A DNA stretch of 64,000 bases from an uncultured Gammaproteobacteria bacterium (GTDB taxonomy: Bacteria > Patescibacteriota > Microgenomatia > UBA8517). Location of the stretch: assembly GCA_964610395.1 (NCBI GenBank), contig CAZSXP010000002.1, positions 10,192-74,191 on the forward strand. Reading direction: 5' to 3'. A program made the position numbers and the translations under genes. Positions 47,968 through 61,165 of this stretch are shown here, piece after piece. The notes beneath the pieces are model-generated. The model made no database searches and was not told the origin of the DNA. It was given only the letters and a program-made list of their open reading frames with translations. How positions within the stretch are numbered: the first letter of the stretch is position 1; each line of letters opens with the position of its first letter.

Positions 47968-48603
47968 CTAAACTTTTTCTATATGTGGTTCGTCTTCTTT
48001 AAAATGTTTATATTCATGTTTAATTGATTTATATATAACAATACCTGCAATTATTAAAAATATCCAGGCAAGTATTCCTAGGCTACTCATGATATTTCTT
48101 AAATTTTCTTTTTCAAAACCTGCAAAATAACCCAGCATAACCATTAATGAAACCCAGCTTAATGATGCAATAAAGGCATAAAGATTGAATTTTAGTAAGT
48201 TGTATTTTTCAACACCTGCAATATAACTTATCCAGAACCGCGTCAGGTTCGCCATCATTGAGGTTGTTAAAATTGCTGCACCATTATTTTTAAGAATTCT
48301 TTTTGCAAAACTTGCATTTTTTTGTTGGTGCAATTTATTAACGAGCCACATGCCAGTCTTGTTTCCTAATAAATATGCTAAAAGAAAAGCTATCCATGTA
48401 CCAACAGTTCCCCATAAAATAATTGGTATAAGTGGTAAGTTTGAATTTCCATTTGATAGATATCCAGCAATAACTAAAATAGCTCCTCCTGGAACAGCCC
48501 ACCCAAGCGGGGTAATTTCAATTAGACTTCCTAAAAAAATTATTGGGTAACCAAACTTTTCAAAAAGTGTTCCTAAAATATCTAGTATTTGAACTATATT
48601 CAT
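47968..48603 (-). CDS. DedA family membrane protein
   Basis: YPIIF....E......VPG, AYLLG...G, AG...Y...KF. Confidence 0.85.
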   Translation of the reverse strand: MNIVQILDILGTLFEKFGYPIIFLGSLIEITPLGWAVPGGAILVIAGYLSNGNSNLPLIPIILWGTVGTWIAFLLAYLLGNKTGMWLVNKLHQQKNASFAKRILKNNGAAILTTSMMANLTRFWISYIAGVEKYNLLKFNLYAFIASLSWVSLMVMLGYFAGFEKENLRNIMSSLGILAWIFLIIAGIVIYKSIKHEYKHFKEDEPHIEKV

Positions 48604-48619
48604 TGGTATAGTATATAGT

Positions 48620-48820
48620 ATGGAAGTTTTATCTGCACGCGTACTAGAGCTTTATCGAATGCTCAGTATTGAGCCATCAGTTATGACAAAAGATATGGGC
48701 AATGTATGTCTTGATGTAGAAGATTATCATACAGACGAGCAATTGATTGATTTTTTAAACGGGAAAGAAATTACAAACCCGTCCCCCGGAGATAAACCGC
48801 CTGCCATGGACGGTAGTTAG
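48620..48820 (+). CDS. hypothetical protein
   Basis: 66-aa ORF with -10-like TATAGT just upstream; 3' end overlaps the VanW-domain gene. Confidence 0.4.
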   Translation: MEVLSARVLELYRMLSIEPSVMTKDMGNVCLDVEDYHTDEQLIDFLNGKEITNPSPGDKPPAMDGS

Positions 48821-50480
48821 AAACAAATTTTTGATCAATTAATGTTTCTTCACCTCTTGTTACTTTATAATCAAATACAACCTTTGCCCCGTAAGCTCTG
48901 TGCTCAATTTGCTTTACCTGCCCGGCAGGAAGGGTTGGATCATCTTGGTATAAATCTTCAGCTGGTGCAGACGATGATGTGATAGTTGGTTTTGATGTTG
49001 TTGCAATACGTCCATCATTTGTTCCATATATTTCAAAGATAAGTGAATAATTATTCTTATTGATTGTGGGTTGGATGAGTATATAGTTTGCTGTGTCATT
49101 TTTGAATTTAAAATCAGTAGTTGGGTAGTAAACTGTTGCATCTAAACCTACAGATGAACCTTGTTCATAATAACCGACTCTATACGCATGAGCTCTTCTC
49201 TCTACAATTGGTAACCCTGCAGAAAGAACTGCCCTAAAAAGAGTTGTTGATACTTGGCAAACCCCTCCACCATCTCCAAGGACTGTTTTACCATCCATTA
49301 TGACATAAGCTGCTTTATAACCAGTGTAGGAAGATACATCTCCCAAAATTTCATTAAAAGAAAAAACCTCATTTGGTGGGACTAAAACACCTTTAAATTT
49401 TGATTGAGCTAAATTAATATTGTAGATTCTGTTTACTATTGATCCTTTAAAATAGGAAACTCCTTTTCCAAGAAGTGTGTTAATACCTAAATCATTTACA
49501 TCTTCATTTCTGATTTTTGCAGATGATTTGATAACTGGAATATTAAAAGCAAATGTGTTTTGATCTTCATTTGAAAGTTTAATAACATAATTTTTTATTT
49601 CTTCTACTAATTTATCTTCATCAACAGTTATACCATCTTGAGACGGAGTAAATTCAGTAACATTACCATTTTCTATAATAAAAACTGAATTTTGGGGATT
49701 TCTATTAATTTTTCTTGAAACGTCTGCAATCTTTGATTTTATTTGAGTTTCATTAAAATCGTTTCTTGGGTCAAGGAAAAGTGCTAATTCTTTATCGTTT
49801 ATTTCTATTGTGTCAAAATCTAGTTTAAGTTCTAGTTTTTTATTAACAATTTTTTCAACTTTGTCTTTATAAATTTTAGCCTCATCTATGTTTAATTCAT
49901 CTTTTGTCTCAATTAAATTAACATCAATTTTATTGTTGTTAAGGAAGATGATTGAGGATTTGATTTTACTGGAAAGATCATCAATATCTATTTCAACACC
50001 GTTTTTCCCTGAATCAACTATCACTTCTCCATTTATAATTTTTACAGACGGACTTATTGGGGTTGAACCCTCCTTTGAAGATAAAATAAGTAATAATTCT
50101 TTAAGTTTTGCTTGATCAAATTCTACTTCTAGACCCATTCTTTCAGGCTTAAAAATAAGTTTTATCTTTGTGTAAAAATCTAAAATAAAATTTCCTGTGT
50201 GGGTGTATATATAGGCTCTGTTTACGCTTTTTTCATAATCTATTTTTTTAACTATTTCTGACGATAATATTTCTTTTTCAGCACCATTTATATTCAAAGT
50301 TATTTTTGAGGGGATTGGGGTACTTGAAATTAAATTAACGGCAGAAGTTTTATCCTTGTCTCCAACATAAAGATTGGCAATATATATATTTGGATAAATT
50401 TTTCCTATAAATGGAATATTTATTATTCCAATAAAAAACAAGATTACGACAATTAATAACAAAATTCGTTTCTTGACCAT
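48771..50480 (-). CDS. VanW-domain protein with peptidoglycan-binding repeats
   Basis: NR..NI.LA, FSFNE.LG, GGGVCQVSTTLFRA, ERRAHAY, DATVY. Confidence 0.9.
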   Translation of the reverse strand: MVKKRILLLIVVILFFIGIINIPFIGKIYPNIYIANLYVGDKDKTSAVNLISSTPIPSKITLNINGAEKEILSSEIVKKIDYEKSVNRAYIYTHTGNFILDFYTKIKLIFKPERMGLEVEFDQAKLKELLLILSSKEGSTPISPSVKIINGEVIVDSGKNGVEIDIDDLSSKIKSSIIFLNNNKIDVNLIETKDELNIDEAKIYKDKVEKIVNKKLELKLDFDTIEINDKELALFLDPRNDFNETQIKSKIADVSRKINRNPQNSVFIIENGNVTEFTPSQDGITVDEDKLVEEIKNYVIKLSNEDQNTFAFNIPVIKSSAKIRNEDVNDLGINTLLGKGVSYFKGSIVNRIYNINLAQSKFKGVLVPPNEVFSFNEILGDVSSYTGYKAAYVIMDGKTVLGDGGGVCQVSTTLFRAVLSAGLPIVERRAHAYRVGYYEQGSSVGLDATVYYPTTDFKFKNDTANYILIQPTINKNNYSLIFEIYGTNDGRIATTSKPTITSSSAPAEDLYQDDPTLPAGQVKQIEHRAYGAKVVFDYKVTRGEETLIDQKFVSNYRPWQAVYLRGTGL

Positions 50481-50505
50481 TTGTTATATGATATCATTAT
50501 ATTAT

Positions 50506-51819
50506 ATGGGATCCAAAAAAATAATTTTGATTGCAGCAGGTGTGATTATTTTGCTTGTAACTATTTTTTTTGTTGTTAGAGCCGTAATATCAAATAAAAA
50601 TAAATTTACATCTAATGTTGATGAAATTGTTTGGTGGGGTCTGTGGGAAGATGAAAATATTGTTTTATCTGTAATCTCAGATTATGAAGCAAGTAATCCT
50701 AAAGTAAAAATAAAATATGTTAGACAGTCAAAAGAGGATTATAGGGAAAGATTAACAAGTGCTTTAGCCAAAGGGACAGGACCTGATATTTTTAGATTTC
50801 ATAATACATGGGTTCCAATGTTTAAGTCTGAACTGGATAAAGTTCCTGCAAATATATTTACTGTTTCAGATTTTTCAACCATATTTTATCCTGTAGCGGT
50901 ATCTGATTTAACAGTTGGTGCAAATTTGGTGGGGATACCTCTTGAATATGATGGTTTATCTTTATACATAAATGAAGAAATTTTTGAGAAGGCCGGTAAG
51001 GACTTCCCAGCAACTTGGAACGAGTTAAGGCAAATTGCTAGAGAACTAACAATAACTGATGAAACGGGGGCAATTACTCAGGCTGGTGTAGCTCTTGGTG
51101 TTACTTCCAATGTTGATCATTGGCCAGAGATATTAGGGCTTATGATGCTTCAAAATGGAGTTGATTTAACAAAACCCACAGGAAAATTAGCAGAGGATGC
51201 ACTAGATTTTTATACAATATTTTCAAATAGTGATGGAGTTTGGGATGCAACACTTCCTTCCTCAACAGTTGCCTTTGCTGGGGGAAAATTGGCAATGTAT
51301 TTTGGACCCAGCTGGCGTGCTTTTGAGATAAGATTACAAAATCCAAATTTAAGATTTAAAACAATACCAGTACCGCAACTTCCAAAGACAGAAGCAAACG
51401 AGAGAGATATGACCTATGCTTCTTATTGGGCTGAGGGTGTTTGGACAAGATCTAAAAATAAAGAAGATGCTTGGAATTTTTTGAAGTATGTGTCAAGTAA
51501 AGAAGTTTTAGAAAAATTATATAATCAATCATCAAAATCAAGAATGTTTGGCGAGCCATATCCAAGGCAAGAAATGGAAATTTTATTAAAAGACCATCCA
51601 ATTATAGGTACAACTATAGAGGCTGCAAAAACTGCACAAACTTGGTTTTTGCAAAGCAGAACTTGGGATGGACCAACAGGAATTAATTCCCAAATAAACA
51701 AATATTTTGAAGATGCCATTAATTTAGTTAATACTGGAAAAGAGGCTAAAGTTGCTTTAGAGCCTGTTGCAGCGGGAGTAATTCAGGTATTATCTCAGTA
51801 TGGAATTAAAATCCAATAA
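50506..51819 (+). CDS. extracellular solute-binding protein (family 1, sugar type)
   Basis: WWGLWE, GTGPDIF, GIPL..D.L.LY.N, F..GKLAMYFG.SW. Confidence 0.88.
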   Translation: MGSKKIILIAAGVIILLVTIFFVVRAVISNKNKFTSNVDEIVWWGLWEDENIVLSVISDYEASNPKVKIKYVRQSKEDYRERLTSALAKGTGPDIFRFHNTWVPMFKSELDKVPANIFTVSDFSTIFYPVAVSDLTVGANLVGIPLEYDGLSLYINEEIFEKAGKDFPATWNELRQIARELTITDETGAITQAGVALGVTSNVDHWPEILGLMMLQNGVDLTKPTGKLAEDALDFYTIFSNSDGVWDATLPSSTVAFAGGKLAMYFGPSWRAFEIRLQNPNLRFKTIPVPQLPKTEANERDMTYASYWAEGVWTRSKNKEDAWNFLKYVSSKEVLEKLYNQSSKSRMFGEPYPRQEMEILLKDHPIIGTTIEAAKTAQTWFLQSRTWDGPTGINSQINKYFEDAINLVNTGKEAKVALEPVAAGVIQVLSQYGIKIQ

Positions 51820-52573
51820 CGGAATATCAATACGCTACCATGATATTTTTGATTACAAGCTAACAAAACCAGAGGCCATTAAATGGCAGTATATAAATCA
51901 AAAAGTTACTGTTAGTGGGATTAAGAATAAGGGTAGACTTCAAAGAGAAAAATATTCTCAAGCAAAGCTTCTTTTGGCAACAAAAGCAGCAGAAATTATT
52001 TCAAAAATTCCTACAGTAAAATTTGTTGGTATTACAGGAGCGCTTGCTATGAATAACGCAAGTAGAGATTCCGATATAGATTTAATGATTATTACAAAAA
52101 GTGGTTTTTTATGGACAACGCGTTTATTTGTCTATTTGCTTATTTGTTTATTTGGAATTCAGACACGGAAACCAAAGTATAATTTACAAAAAGATATGTT
52201 GTGTCTAAACATGTGGATGGATGAACACTTGCTAGAGTGGAATAAAAAAGATAGAAATATTTATACGGCCCATGAAATCGCCCAAATCGTGCCATTGGTT
52301 AACAAAAACAATGTATATGAAAAATTTCTTTGGCAAAACAAGTGGATTTTAACCTACTGGCCAAATGCTGTCGCAGTACAAAGTACAAAGAGACTGCATC
52401 ACTTCGTGGGCACAGTACAGAGTAAAAAAACAAATTTTTTTGAAATTATTGCTTTTAAACTTCAATATTTATATATGAAGCCAAAAATTACAAGAGAAAT
52501 TGTTACTCCCACTCGTGCAATTTTCCACCCAAATGATTGGGGAAAGGTTGTAATTAAAAAACTTTCCTCTTGA
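51800..52573 (+). CDS. nucleotidyltransferase-fold protein
   Basis: VGITGALA.....DSDIDLMII, LW..R, CLN, YTAHE. Confidence 0.75.
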   Translation: MELKSNNGISIRYHDIFDYKLTKPEAIKWQYINQKVTVSGIKNKGRLQREKYSQAKLLLATKAAEIISKIPTVKFVGITGALAMNNASRDSDIDLMIITKSGFLWTTRLFVYLLICLFGIQTRKPKYNLQKDMLCLNMWMDEHLLEWNKKDRNIYTAHEIAQIVPLVNKNNVYEKFLWQNKWILTYWPNAVAVQSTKRLHHFVGTVQSKKTNFFEIIAFKLQYLYMKPKITREIVTPTRAIFHPNDWGKVVIKKLSS

Positions 52574-52616
52574 CAGGTGATTGTCTCATGCGTAAAATAG
52601 CACTCATACTAATTAA

Positions 52617-52623
<7 letters not shown>
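52570..52623 (+). promoter_or_regulatory. groESL sigma70 promoter with degenerate CIRCE element
   Basis: TTGACA-17-TAAAAT; ATAGCACTC-N9-AAATGCCAA versus consensus TTAGCACTC-N9-GAGTGCTAA. Confidence 0.65.
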
Positions 52624-55683
<3,060 letters not shown>

Positions 55684-55750
55684 TAATTAATTATTATCCG
55701 AAGTAAGTACGAAGTCAAGAGTATTCTAGATAATATGATATTATCAATAT

Positions 55751-56437
55751 ATGTACCCAAAACTTAAAGTAGGTATCAATAAAGAGTTTGATAAGATTAT
55801 GTGTCTGAAATTCTTGAACAAACAAAAGGCTGGTATAGATTTTGGTGCAGGAATTATAAAAGTTCACACTGGTCTACAAGGTATTGAGAATAAACCATTG
55901 GATGATCAAGAAAAACAAATAAGTAATTATTTTGAAGAGTTTTATCAATCAAATATAATAGAACTTGAAAAAACCAGGGATAAGTTTACTGACGATTGGA
56001 ACAAAATAGAAAGTGATTTTTTTAAGCTATGTAATAAATATTTTGGCAATCTATCTTGGCCTGAAGGTAGATATATTGGATTTTTATCAATAATCAGTTG
56101 CAATCCTCGCTTTTTAGATGAGAAAACATTTCAAGTATACTGGAAAAACAAAAAAGGATTTGTTCCTGTGGCTGTGCATGAAATGTTACATTTTCTTTTT
56201 TACCACATCTTATTAGTAAATTTTCCCTCAGTTGATGTTAATAATGAAGAAGTATGGAAACTTTCAGAAATATTTAACATTTTAATTCTAAAACAACCTG
56301 ATTTTGTTGAAGTAACAAATGATCCAAACCCTAGTCAATATCCCGACCTTTTAGGTTTACAGAATAAGCTAGATCCTGTTTGGCAAGAGACGAAGAATGC
56401 CAACTCTTTTTTACAAAAATCACTAAATTTTAGGTAG
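55751..56437 (+). CDS. hypothetical protein with HEXXH motif
   Basis: AVHEMLHF...WKLSE. Confidence 0.7.
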   Translation: MYPKLKVGINKEFDKIMCLKFLNKQKAGIDFGAGIIKVHTGLQGIENKPLDDQEKQISNYFEEFYQSNIIELEKTRDKFTDDWNKIESDFFKLCNKYFGNLSWPEGRYIGFLSIISCNPRFLDEKTFQVYWKNKKGFVPVAVHEMLHFLFYHILLVNFPSVDVNNEEVWKLSEIFNILILKQPDFVEVTNDPNPSQYPDLLGLQNKLDPVWQETKNANSFLQKSLNFR

Positions 56438-56449
56438 TATATTATTTGA

Positions 56450-57037
56450 ATGTGGCAAGAAGCTGAGAAAGAACTTCAAAAAGATAAATATATTGGACCA
56501 CTAATCAAAAAGTGGGGACATTGCACAATAGGAGACGCATTCGCGATAAAACCACTTAAAAAGAACCAGTATTTTGAAGATTTAGTTAATGCAATATGTT
56601 CTCAACAATTATCAGGAAAAGCTGCAGAAACTATATTTGGTAGAGTTAAAAGTTTACTTTCTAAAATTACTCCCAAAAATATACTTTCTAAAACCGATCA
56701 AGAATTAAGAGGTTGTGGTTTATCTTGGCAAAAAGTATCTTATATTAAAGATTTGGCTGAACATGTAATAAGTAATAAGTTGAAAGTAGAAAGCTTAAAT
56801 ACACTTTCTGATGAGGAAGTAATTAAAGAACTAGTTGCAGTAAAAGGAATTGGCAGATGGACTGCAGAAATGTTTTTAATGTTTAGTTTAGCCCGTCCTG
56901 ATATTTTACCTAAAGATGATTTAGGAATAAACAAAGCTTTAAAAAATTTAAAAATTAAATCAATATATACTAAAAAATGGAAGCCTTATAGAACAGTTGC
57001 TTCATGGTATCTCTGGCGCTCACTTGAAAATAGATAG
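56450..57037 (+). CDS. alkA: DNA-3-methyladenine glycosylase II family (HhH-GPD)
   Basis: I.SQQLSGKAA, GLS.QK..YI, VKGIGRWTAEMFL, LP.DDLGI, W.PYR. Confidence 0.92.
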   Translation: MWQEAEKELQKDKYIGPLIKKWGHCTIGDAFAIKPLKKNQYFEDLVNAICSQQLSGKAAETIFGRVKSLLSKITPKNILSKTDQELRGCGLSWQKVSYIKDLAEHVISNKLKVESLNTLSDEEVIKELVAVKGIGRWTAEMFLMFSLARPDILPKDDLGINKALKNLKIKSIYTKKWKPYRTVASWYLWRSLENR

Positions 57038-57058
57038 ATATTATGAGAATATTGCGAC

Positions 57059-57481
57059 ATGGTTGAACGTGGAGAACAAATTGAAAAACATGGAGTTATT
57101 TTTGCTTTATGGGATGGAGAGAAAATCCAACTTGAAGAACGGAAAAAAATTGGAGGAAAATTCTTTGGATATATATTAGTTCCGGGAGGAGCAGTTGAGG
57201 AAGGTGAAACCTTAAAAGAAGCATTATTTAGAGAGGTAGGAGAGGAATATGGAGTTAAAGCCCTTTCATATAGAAAGATTGGAATATATCCAAACATTGA
57301 AGATAATGGAATTTTAAATGTAAGACATTTATATTTAGTAACAAAATGGAAAGGTAATTTATCAAACCCTGAAAATACGAACGGTCATATTGAAACTACA
57401 ATTAAAGAAGCGTTTGAAGTTTGTAAACATCCACTATCTCAAATATTTTTAAAACGAATTCAAAAAGAATTATCTAGGTAA
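57059..57481 (+). CDS. NUDIX hydrolase
   Basis: PGGAVEEGETLKEALFREVGEEYG Nudix box. Confidence 0.92.
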   Translation: MVERGEQIEKHGVIFALWDGEKIQLEERKKIGGKFFGYILVPGGAVEEGETLKEALFREVGEEYGVKALSYRKIGIYPNIEDNGILNVRHLYLVTKWKGNLSNPENTNGHIETTIKEAFEVCKHPLSQIFLKRIQKELSR

Positions 57482-58147
57482 GATTGATAGAGGGTTGATT
57501 GGAATACCATGATCCCTGACTTCTAAATGTAAATGATCACCAGTTGAACGTCCAGTATCTCCCATTTCACCTAAAACAGTATCAGTTGTGACTTCATCAC
57601 CTTCTTTTACTTTAATTTTTGATAAATGGGCGTAGAGAGATTTTAAATTATTACCATGATTTACAATCACGTTTTTTCCATAGCCTATTTTAGATATTTC
57701 CACAGACTCAATTTTACCCTTTTTAATAGGTTTAATTGGATCTCCAGTTATACCATCTATGTCTAATCCAGGATGGAAAAGTTTATACCCCTGAGTAATT
57801 ATCAAGTCATGAACTGGGTTTTGGATAGCTATATTAGTATGAATTGGGGTTTCTGCACCACCAATACTAATTATTTCACTAACATTAGTACTGCCGAGTG
57901 TATTATTTGGAACAAAAGATGAAGCAATTAACATTAGTGCAATGTTTGTACCTAATAGTTTTTTTGCAGCCTTGTGTTCAAAAATATATCTAAAAAATTT
58001 ACGAGTTAAACCACCTACACGATATTTGAGATTTAATCTCTTTTTGGTAGGGATAATAGGTTCTTCCAAAGGTGATTTTCGCCTCTTGATCAATCTATAT
58101 TGAAATGAGAGACGATACTTTGGTAAATGTAGAGTTAGTTTTTGCAT
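57470..58147 (-). CDS. M23 family peptidoglycan endopeptidase
   Basis: HPGLD, YAHL, STGDHLHLEV; start ATG 58147 behind AGGGGAG SD. Confidence 0.92.
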   Translation of the reverse strand: MQKLTLHLPKYRLSFQYRLIKRRKSPLEEPIIPTKKRLNLKYRVGGLTRKFFRYIFEHKAAKKLLGTNIALMLIASSFVPNNTLGSTNVSEIISIGGAETPIHTNIAIQNPVHDLIITQGYKLFHPGLDIDGITGDPIKPIKKGKIESVEISKIGYGKNVIVNHGNNLKSLYAHLSKIKVKEGDEVTTDTVLGEMGDTGRSTGDHLHLEVRDHGIPINPLSILPR

Positions 58148-58267
58148 ATTCTCCCCTCGATCAGGGCGAAACAAAAATCCCGCAATTACTTGCGAGATGT
58201 GTGATTCTACCATATGAAATACCTAAAAGTCAAATTATGGGGTGTTTTTTCAAGTTAAGATTTATTG

Positions 58268-58339
58268 AGGCCGGAGCGGGAATCGAACCCGCGCATAGAA
58301 GTTTTGCAGACTCCAGTGTTTCCACTTCACCATCCGGCC
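58268..58339 (-). tRNA. tRNA-Cys(GCA)
   Basis: Acceptor GGCCGGA/TCCGGCC, anticodon arm GGAGT-CTGCAAA-ACTTC, T arm GCGGG-TTCGATT-CCCGC, discriminator U. Confidence 0.96.
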
Positions 58340-58406
58340 AATAGCCATATTGTAACATCTGATAAGCAAGCTTGTCACTTACTTTGTTCGTGATAAACTT
58401 ACACAT

Positions 58407-59252
58407 ATGAAAAAGAAAGTTATCAAAATGATTCTTGTCATAACTGGAATTATTGCCATAGGTTTATTGATTTTATTTTTACTTGGTTTTTTTGATCTAC
58501 AAGAAGCAGGAGTTTTAATAGAAGCAGACCCAGTTTCAACTGTTTATATAGATGGGCAAGAAGTTGGTAAAACTCCATATGAGGTAAATAGAAAACCTGG
58601 TGAAATATCTTTAAGAATTAAACCAGACAATGTTAATGATGTTGTCTTAGACGATTATGAGACTAAGATAAATTTAGTTTCAGGAATTAGAACAATTGTT
58701 AAAAGAGTTTTTAGAGAAACAGAAGAAGCTTCAAGTGGAGTAGTCGTATCTTTTGAAAAACTAGGTGGCAAAGAATCGTATGTAACCGCAGTATCGGTTC
58801 CTGATAATGCACAAGTCTTAATTGATAATAAAATATATGGTTATACACCCCTTCGCGTAAAAGTTCCGGCCGGAGATCATAATTTAGTTGTTTCTGCTGA
58901 TAAATATCTAGAAAAGTCACTTCCAATTAGAGTTTATGCAGGTTATAAACTAACAGTTTCAGTTAAATTAGCAAAAATAGATGCACCAGCAGTTGAGCAA
59001 GAAAAGCCAGTTGAAGAAATTAAGATGAAAGTGAAAATTGACAAAACAGATATAGGTTTTTTAAGAGTTAGACAAGGAGCAGGTATAGATTTTCCTGAAG
59101 TAGCACAAGTTAAACCAGATGAAGAATATGAAATAATTGAGGAAAATGAAGATGCTAGCTGGTTTAAAATTAAATCTGGTGAGGTGGAAGGTTGGGTTTC
59201 TGGGGAGTTTGTAACAAAGATCTATATTCCACTAACAGATACTCCAGAATAA
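58407..59252 (+). CDS. PEGA-domain + SH3b membrane-anchored protein
   Basis: Two S.P..A.V.ID....G.TP PEGA repeats; FLRVR.G.G...W.KI....EGWVS SH3b. Confidence 0.88.
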   Translation: MKKKVIKMILVITGIIAIGLLILFLLGFFDLQEAGVLIEADPVSTVYIDGQEVGKTPYEVNRKPGEISLRIKPDNVNDVVLDDYETKINLVSGIRTIVKRVFRETEEASSGVVVSFEKLGGKESYVTAVSVPDNAQVLIDNKIYGYTPLRVKVPAGDHNLVVSADKYLEKSLPIRVYAGYKLTVSVKLAKIDAPAVEQEKPVEEIKMKVKIDKTDIGFLRVRQGAGIDFPEVAQVKPDEEYEIIEENEDASWFKIKSGEVEGWVSGEFVTKIYIPLTDTPE

Positions 59253-60160
59253 ATAATCCAGTAAACAATTGATACCCAGAGAATAACGGCTGTTAAGAGT
59301 GCTTTATCTGTTAACAAAAGTTTTTCAGGAGCTTCTGATTTACCTTCAAAAATTAAAGCTTCATATCGCATAATTCCAAAAATGACGACAGGGATGGTTA
59401 ACATCATTAGTTTATTAATGGTTGTAGCTCTTGAAACTTCGGCCAAGACTAACCAGAAGTTTAGTGATGCCTTTGGAGATTCAAAAAAAGTATAAAGGCT
59501 CCAACTCATCCAAGTGGCATTACCAAACATTGTGACATAGCTATTTAGAAGCTCTTTTGAATATTTAGTAAGACTTTTTCTTGTTCCTCCATCAACAGCT
59601 TCTAATAAGTTTATTTCAGCCCTTCTTTTTCCAGCAGCAAGAAATAGAGAGGCAGAAACTACACAAAGTAAAAACCAGACTGAAAGATGAGCATTAATTA
59701 CAAATGCTCCAGCGTAGACTCTTAAAATAAAGCCTGTAGCAATAATTAAAATATCAACAACATGTATGTTTTTAAGACCTAAACTATATAAAATTTGTAA
59801 TCCTAAATATATTAAAATTAAAGTAGTAAATATTTGATTTAATGGTGTTGCCAAAACTAGCGACATAAATATAAAACCTAATAATTCAAATACGGCAATA
59901 GAAAGAGGCAACTTGCCTGAAGCAATTGGCCTGTTTTTTTTGACAGGATGAAGTTTATCCGATTTTGCATCTAATATATCATTAAAGATATAAGTTGCAG
60001 AGGTGGCAAAAGAAAAAGAGAAAAAAGCCAAAAGAACATCTTTAAAAAGTCCTGTTTCGTAAAGAGTGCCTGTTAAAAGTAATGCCCCAAAAAGAGCAAA
60101 ATTTTTGACCCAATGAATAGGTCTTGCTATACGAATTATTTGGATCGGTAAGTCAACCAT
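59222..60160 (-). CDS. UbiA-family decaprenyl-phosphate phosphoribosyltransferase-like protein
   Basis: RP.HWVKN, YIFND.LD..D..HP.K..RPIASG, GF.LRV.AG, KRR.E. Confidence 0.9.
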   Translation of the reverse strand: MVDLPIQIIRIARPIHWVKNFALFGALLLTGTLYETGLFKDVLLAFFSFSFATSATYIFNDILDAKSDKLHPVKKNRPIASGKLPLSIAVFELLGFIFMSLVLATPLNQIFTTLILIYLGLQILYSLGLKNIHVVDILIIATGFILRVYAGAFVINAHLSVWFLLCVVSASLFLAAGKRRAEINLLEAVDGGTRKSLTKYSKELLNSYVTMFGNATWMSWSLYTFFESPKASLNFWLVLAEVSRATTINKLMMLTIPVVIFGIMRYEALIFEGKSEAPEKLLLTDKALLTAVILWVSIVYWIIYSGVSVSGI

Positions 60161-61161
60161 AGTATTAAACCTCCTAAAACTAATGATACTCCTATGATTG
60201 TATATAACTTATAAGTACTATTCAAATTGAGAGCTAAAATCCCGAGTATTGCAGTCAGCGACCAATAAACTTGGGATACTTGTTTTTTTGAAAGACCAGA
60301 GTCAAGTAACTTATGATGTAGATGTCCTCTGTCACCCCAGACAGGGGATTTGCCTGACAGAACTCTTCTAATGATGGTATACCCTGTATCTATTAAAGGG
60401 ATACCTAAAACCACAATCAAAGTCCCAACCTTAGTAGTTGAAAGTATTGAAGCAATGGCAAGCATATAACCTGCTAGTGTTGCACCCCCATACCCCGGCA
60501 TAATTTTTTGAGGATATTTATGCCATGGAAGAAAACCTAAAAATGCACCAGCAGTTATTCCTGTTATTAATATAACTGGCCATTGTGTAATATCTGTAGA
60601 ATAATAAAAAGAAAGAGCCGTAATTGTGATGGCTGAAATTATTGTAACCCCCGAAAGCTGGCCATCAATTCCTTTTGCCCCCATGTTTAGCATGTTCATC
60701 ATAAAGACAATCCAAACTAGAGCAAAAATATCAGAAACAATTGGATTTGAAAGGTCAAATATGCCACCAAAAGGGTTAGTTAAAAAAGCTATCCCAATGC
60801 CTGAAGCAATAGGAATGATAGCTGCTAAAAAACCAAGACCTATTCTTAAATAAGGATTTAGATTATATCTATCATCTAAAAATCCCATTATAAAGATTAC
60901 AAATGCACCTAATAAAATTGATATCAAATGTTTATCAATTGGTATAAAAATTAGTGAAGCTACTAGAATTGCAAGAAAAATAGGTATTCCACCGCCTCTT
61001 GGTATTGGTGTTGTGTGTATTACTTTTGGATGCTTATTCTTTTTTGGATCATCCATGATTTTTAACAATTTTGCATATTTAATAACAATGGGAGTAATAA
61101 AATATGAGACTAAAAATGCTACAGATAGAGGAATAAATAAAAGTGTTGTTATTTTTAGCAT
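60136..61161 (-). CDS. MraY/WecA/TagO-family polyprenyl-phosphate GlcNAc-1-P transferase
   Basis: H..PIPRGGG, GFLDD, GIDG, FL..H.YP.KI.PG, DRGHLHHKL. Confidence 0.9.
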   Translation of the reverse strand: MLKITTLLFIPLSVAFLVSYFITPIVIKYAKLLKIMDDPKKNKHPKVIHTTPIPRGGGIPIFLAILVASLIFIPIDKHLISILLGAFVIFIMGFLDDRYNLNPYLRIGLGFLAAIIPIASGIGIAFLTNPFGGIFDLSNPIVSDIFALVWIVFMMNMLNMGAKGIDGQLSGVTIISAITITALSFYYSTDITQWPVILITGITAGAFLGFLPWHKYPQKIMPGYGGATLAGYMLAIASILSTTKVGTLIVVLGIPLIDTGYTIIRRVLSGKSPVWGDRGHLHHKLLDSGLSKKQVSQVYWSLTAILGILALNLNSTYKLYTIIGVSLVLGGLILWLTYRSK

Positions 61162-61165
61162 TTTA

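Noticed and set aside
58105-58344. 79-aa plus-strand ORF
   Set aside because: Antisense shadow of tRNA-Cys (AGAGIEPA)
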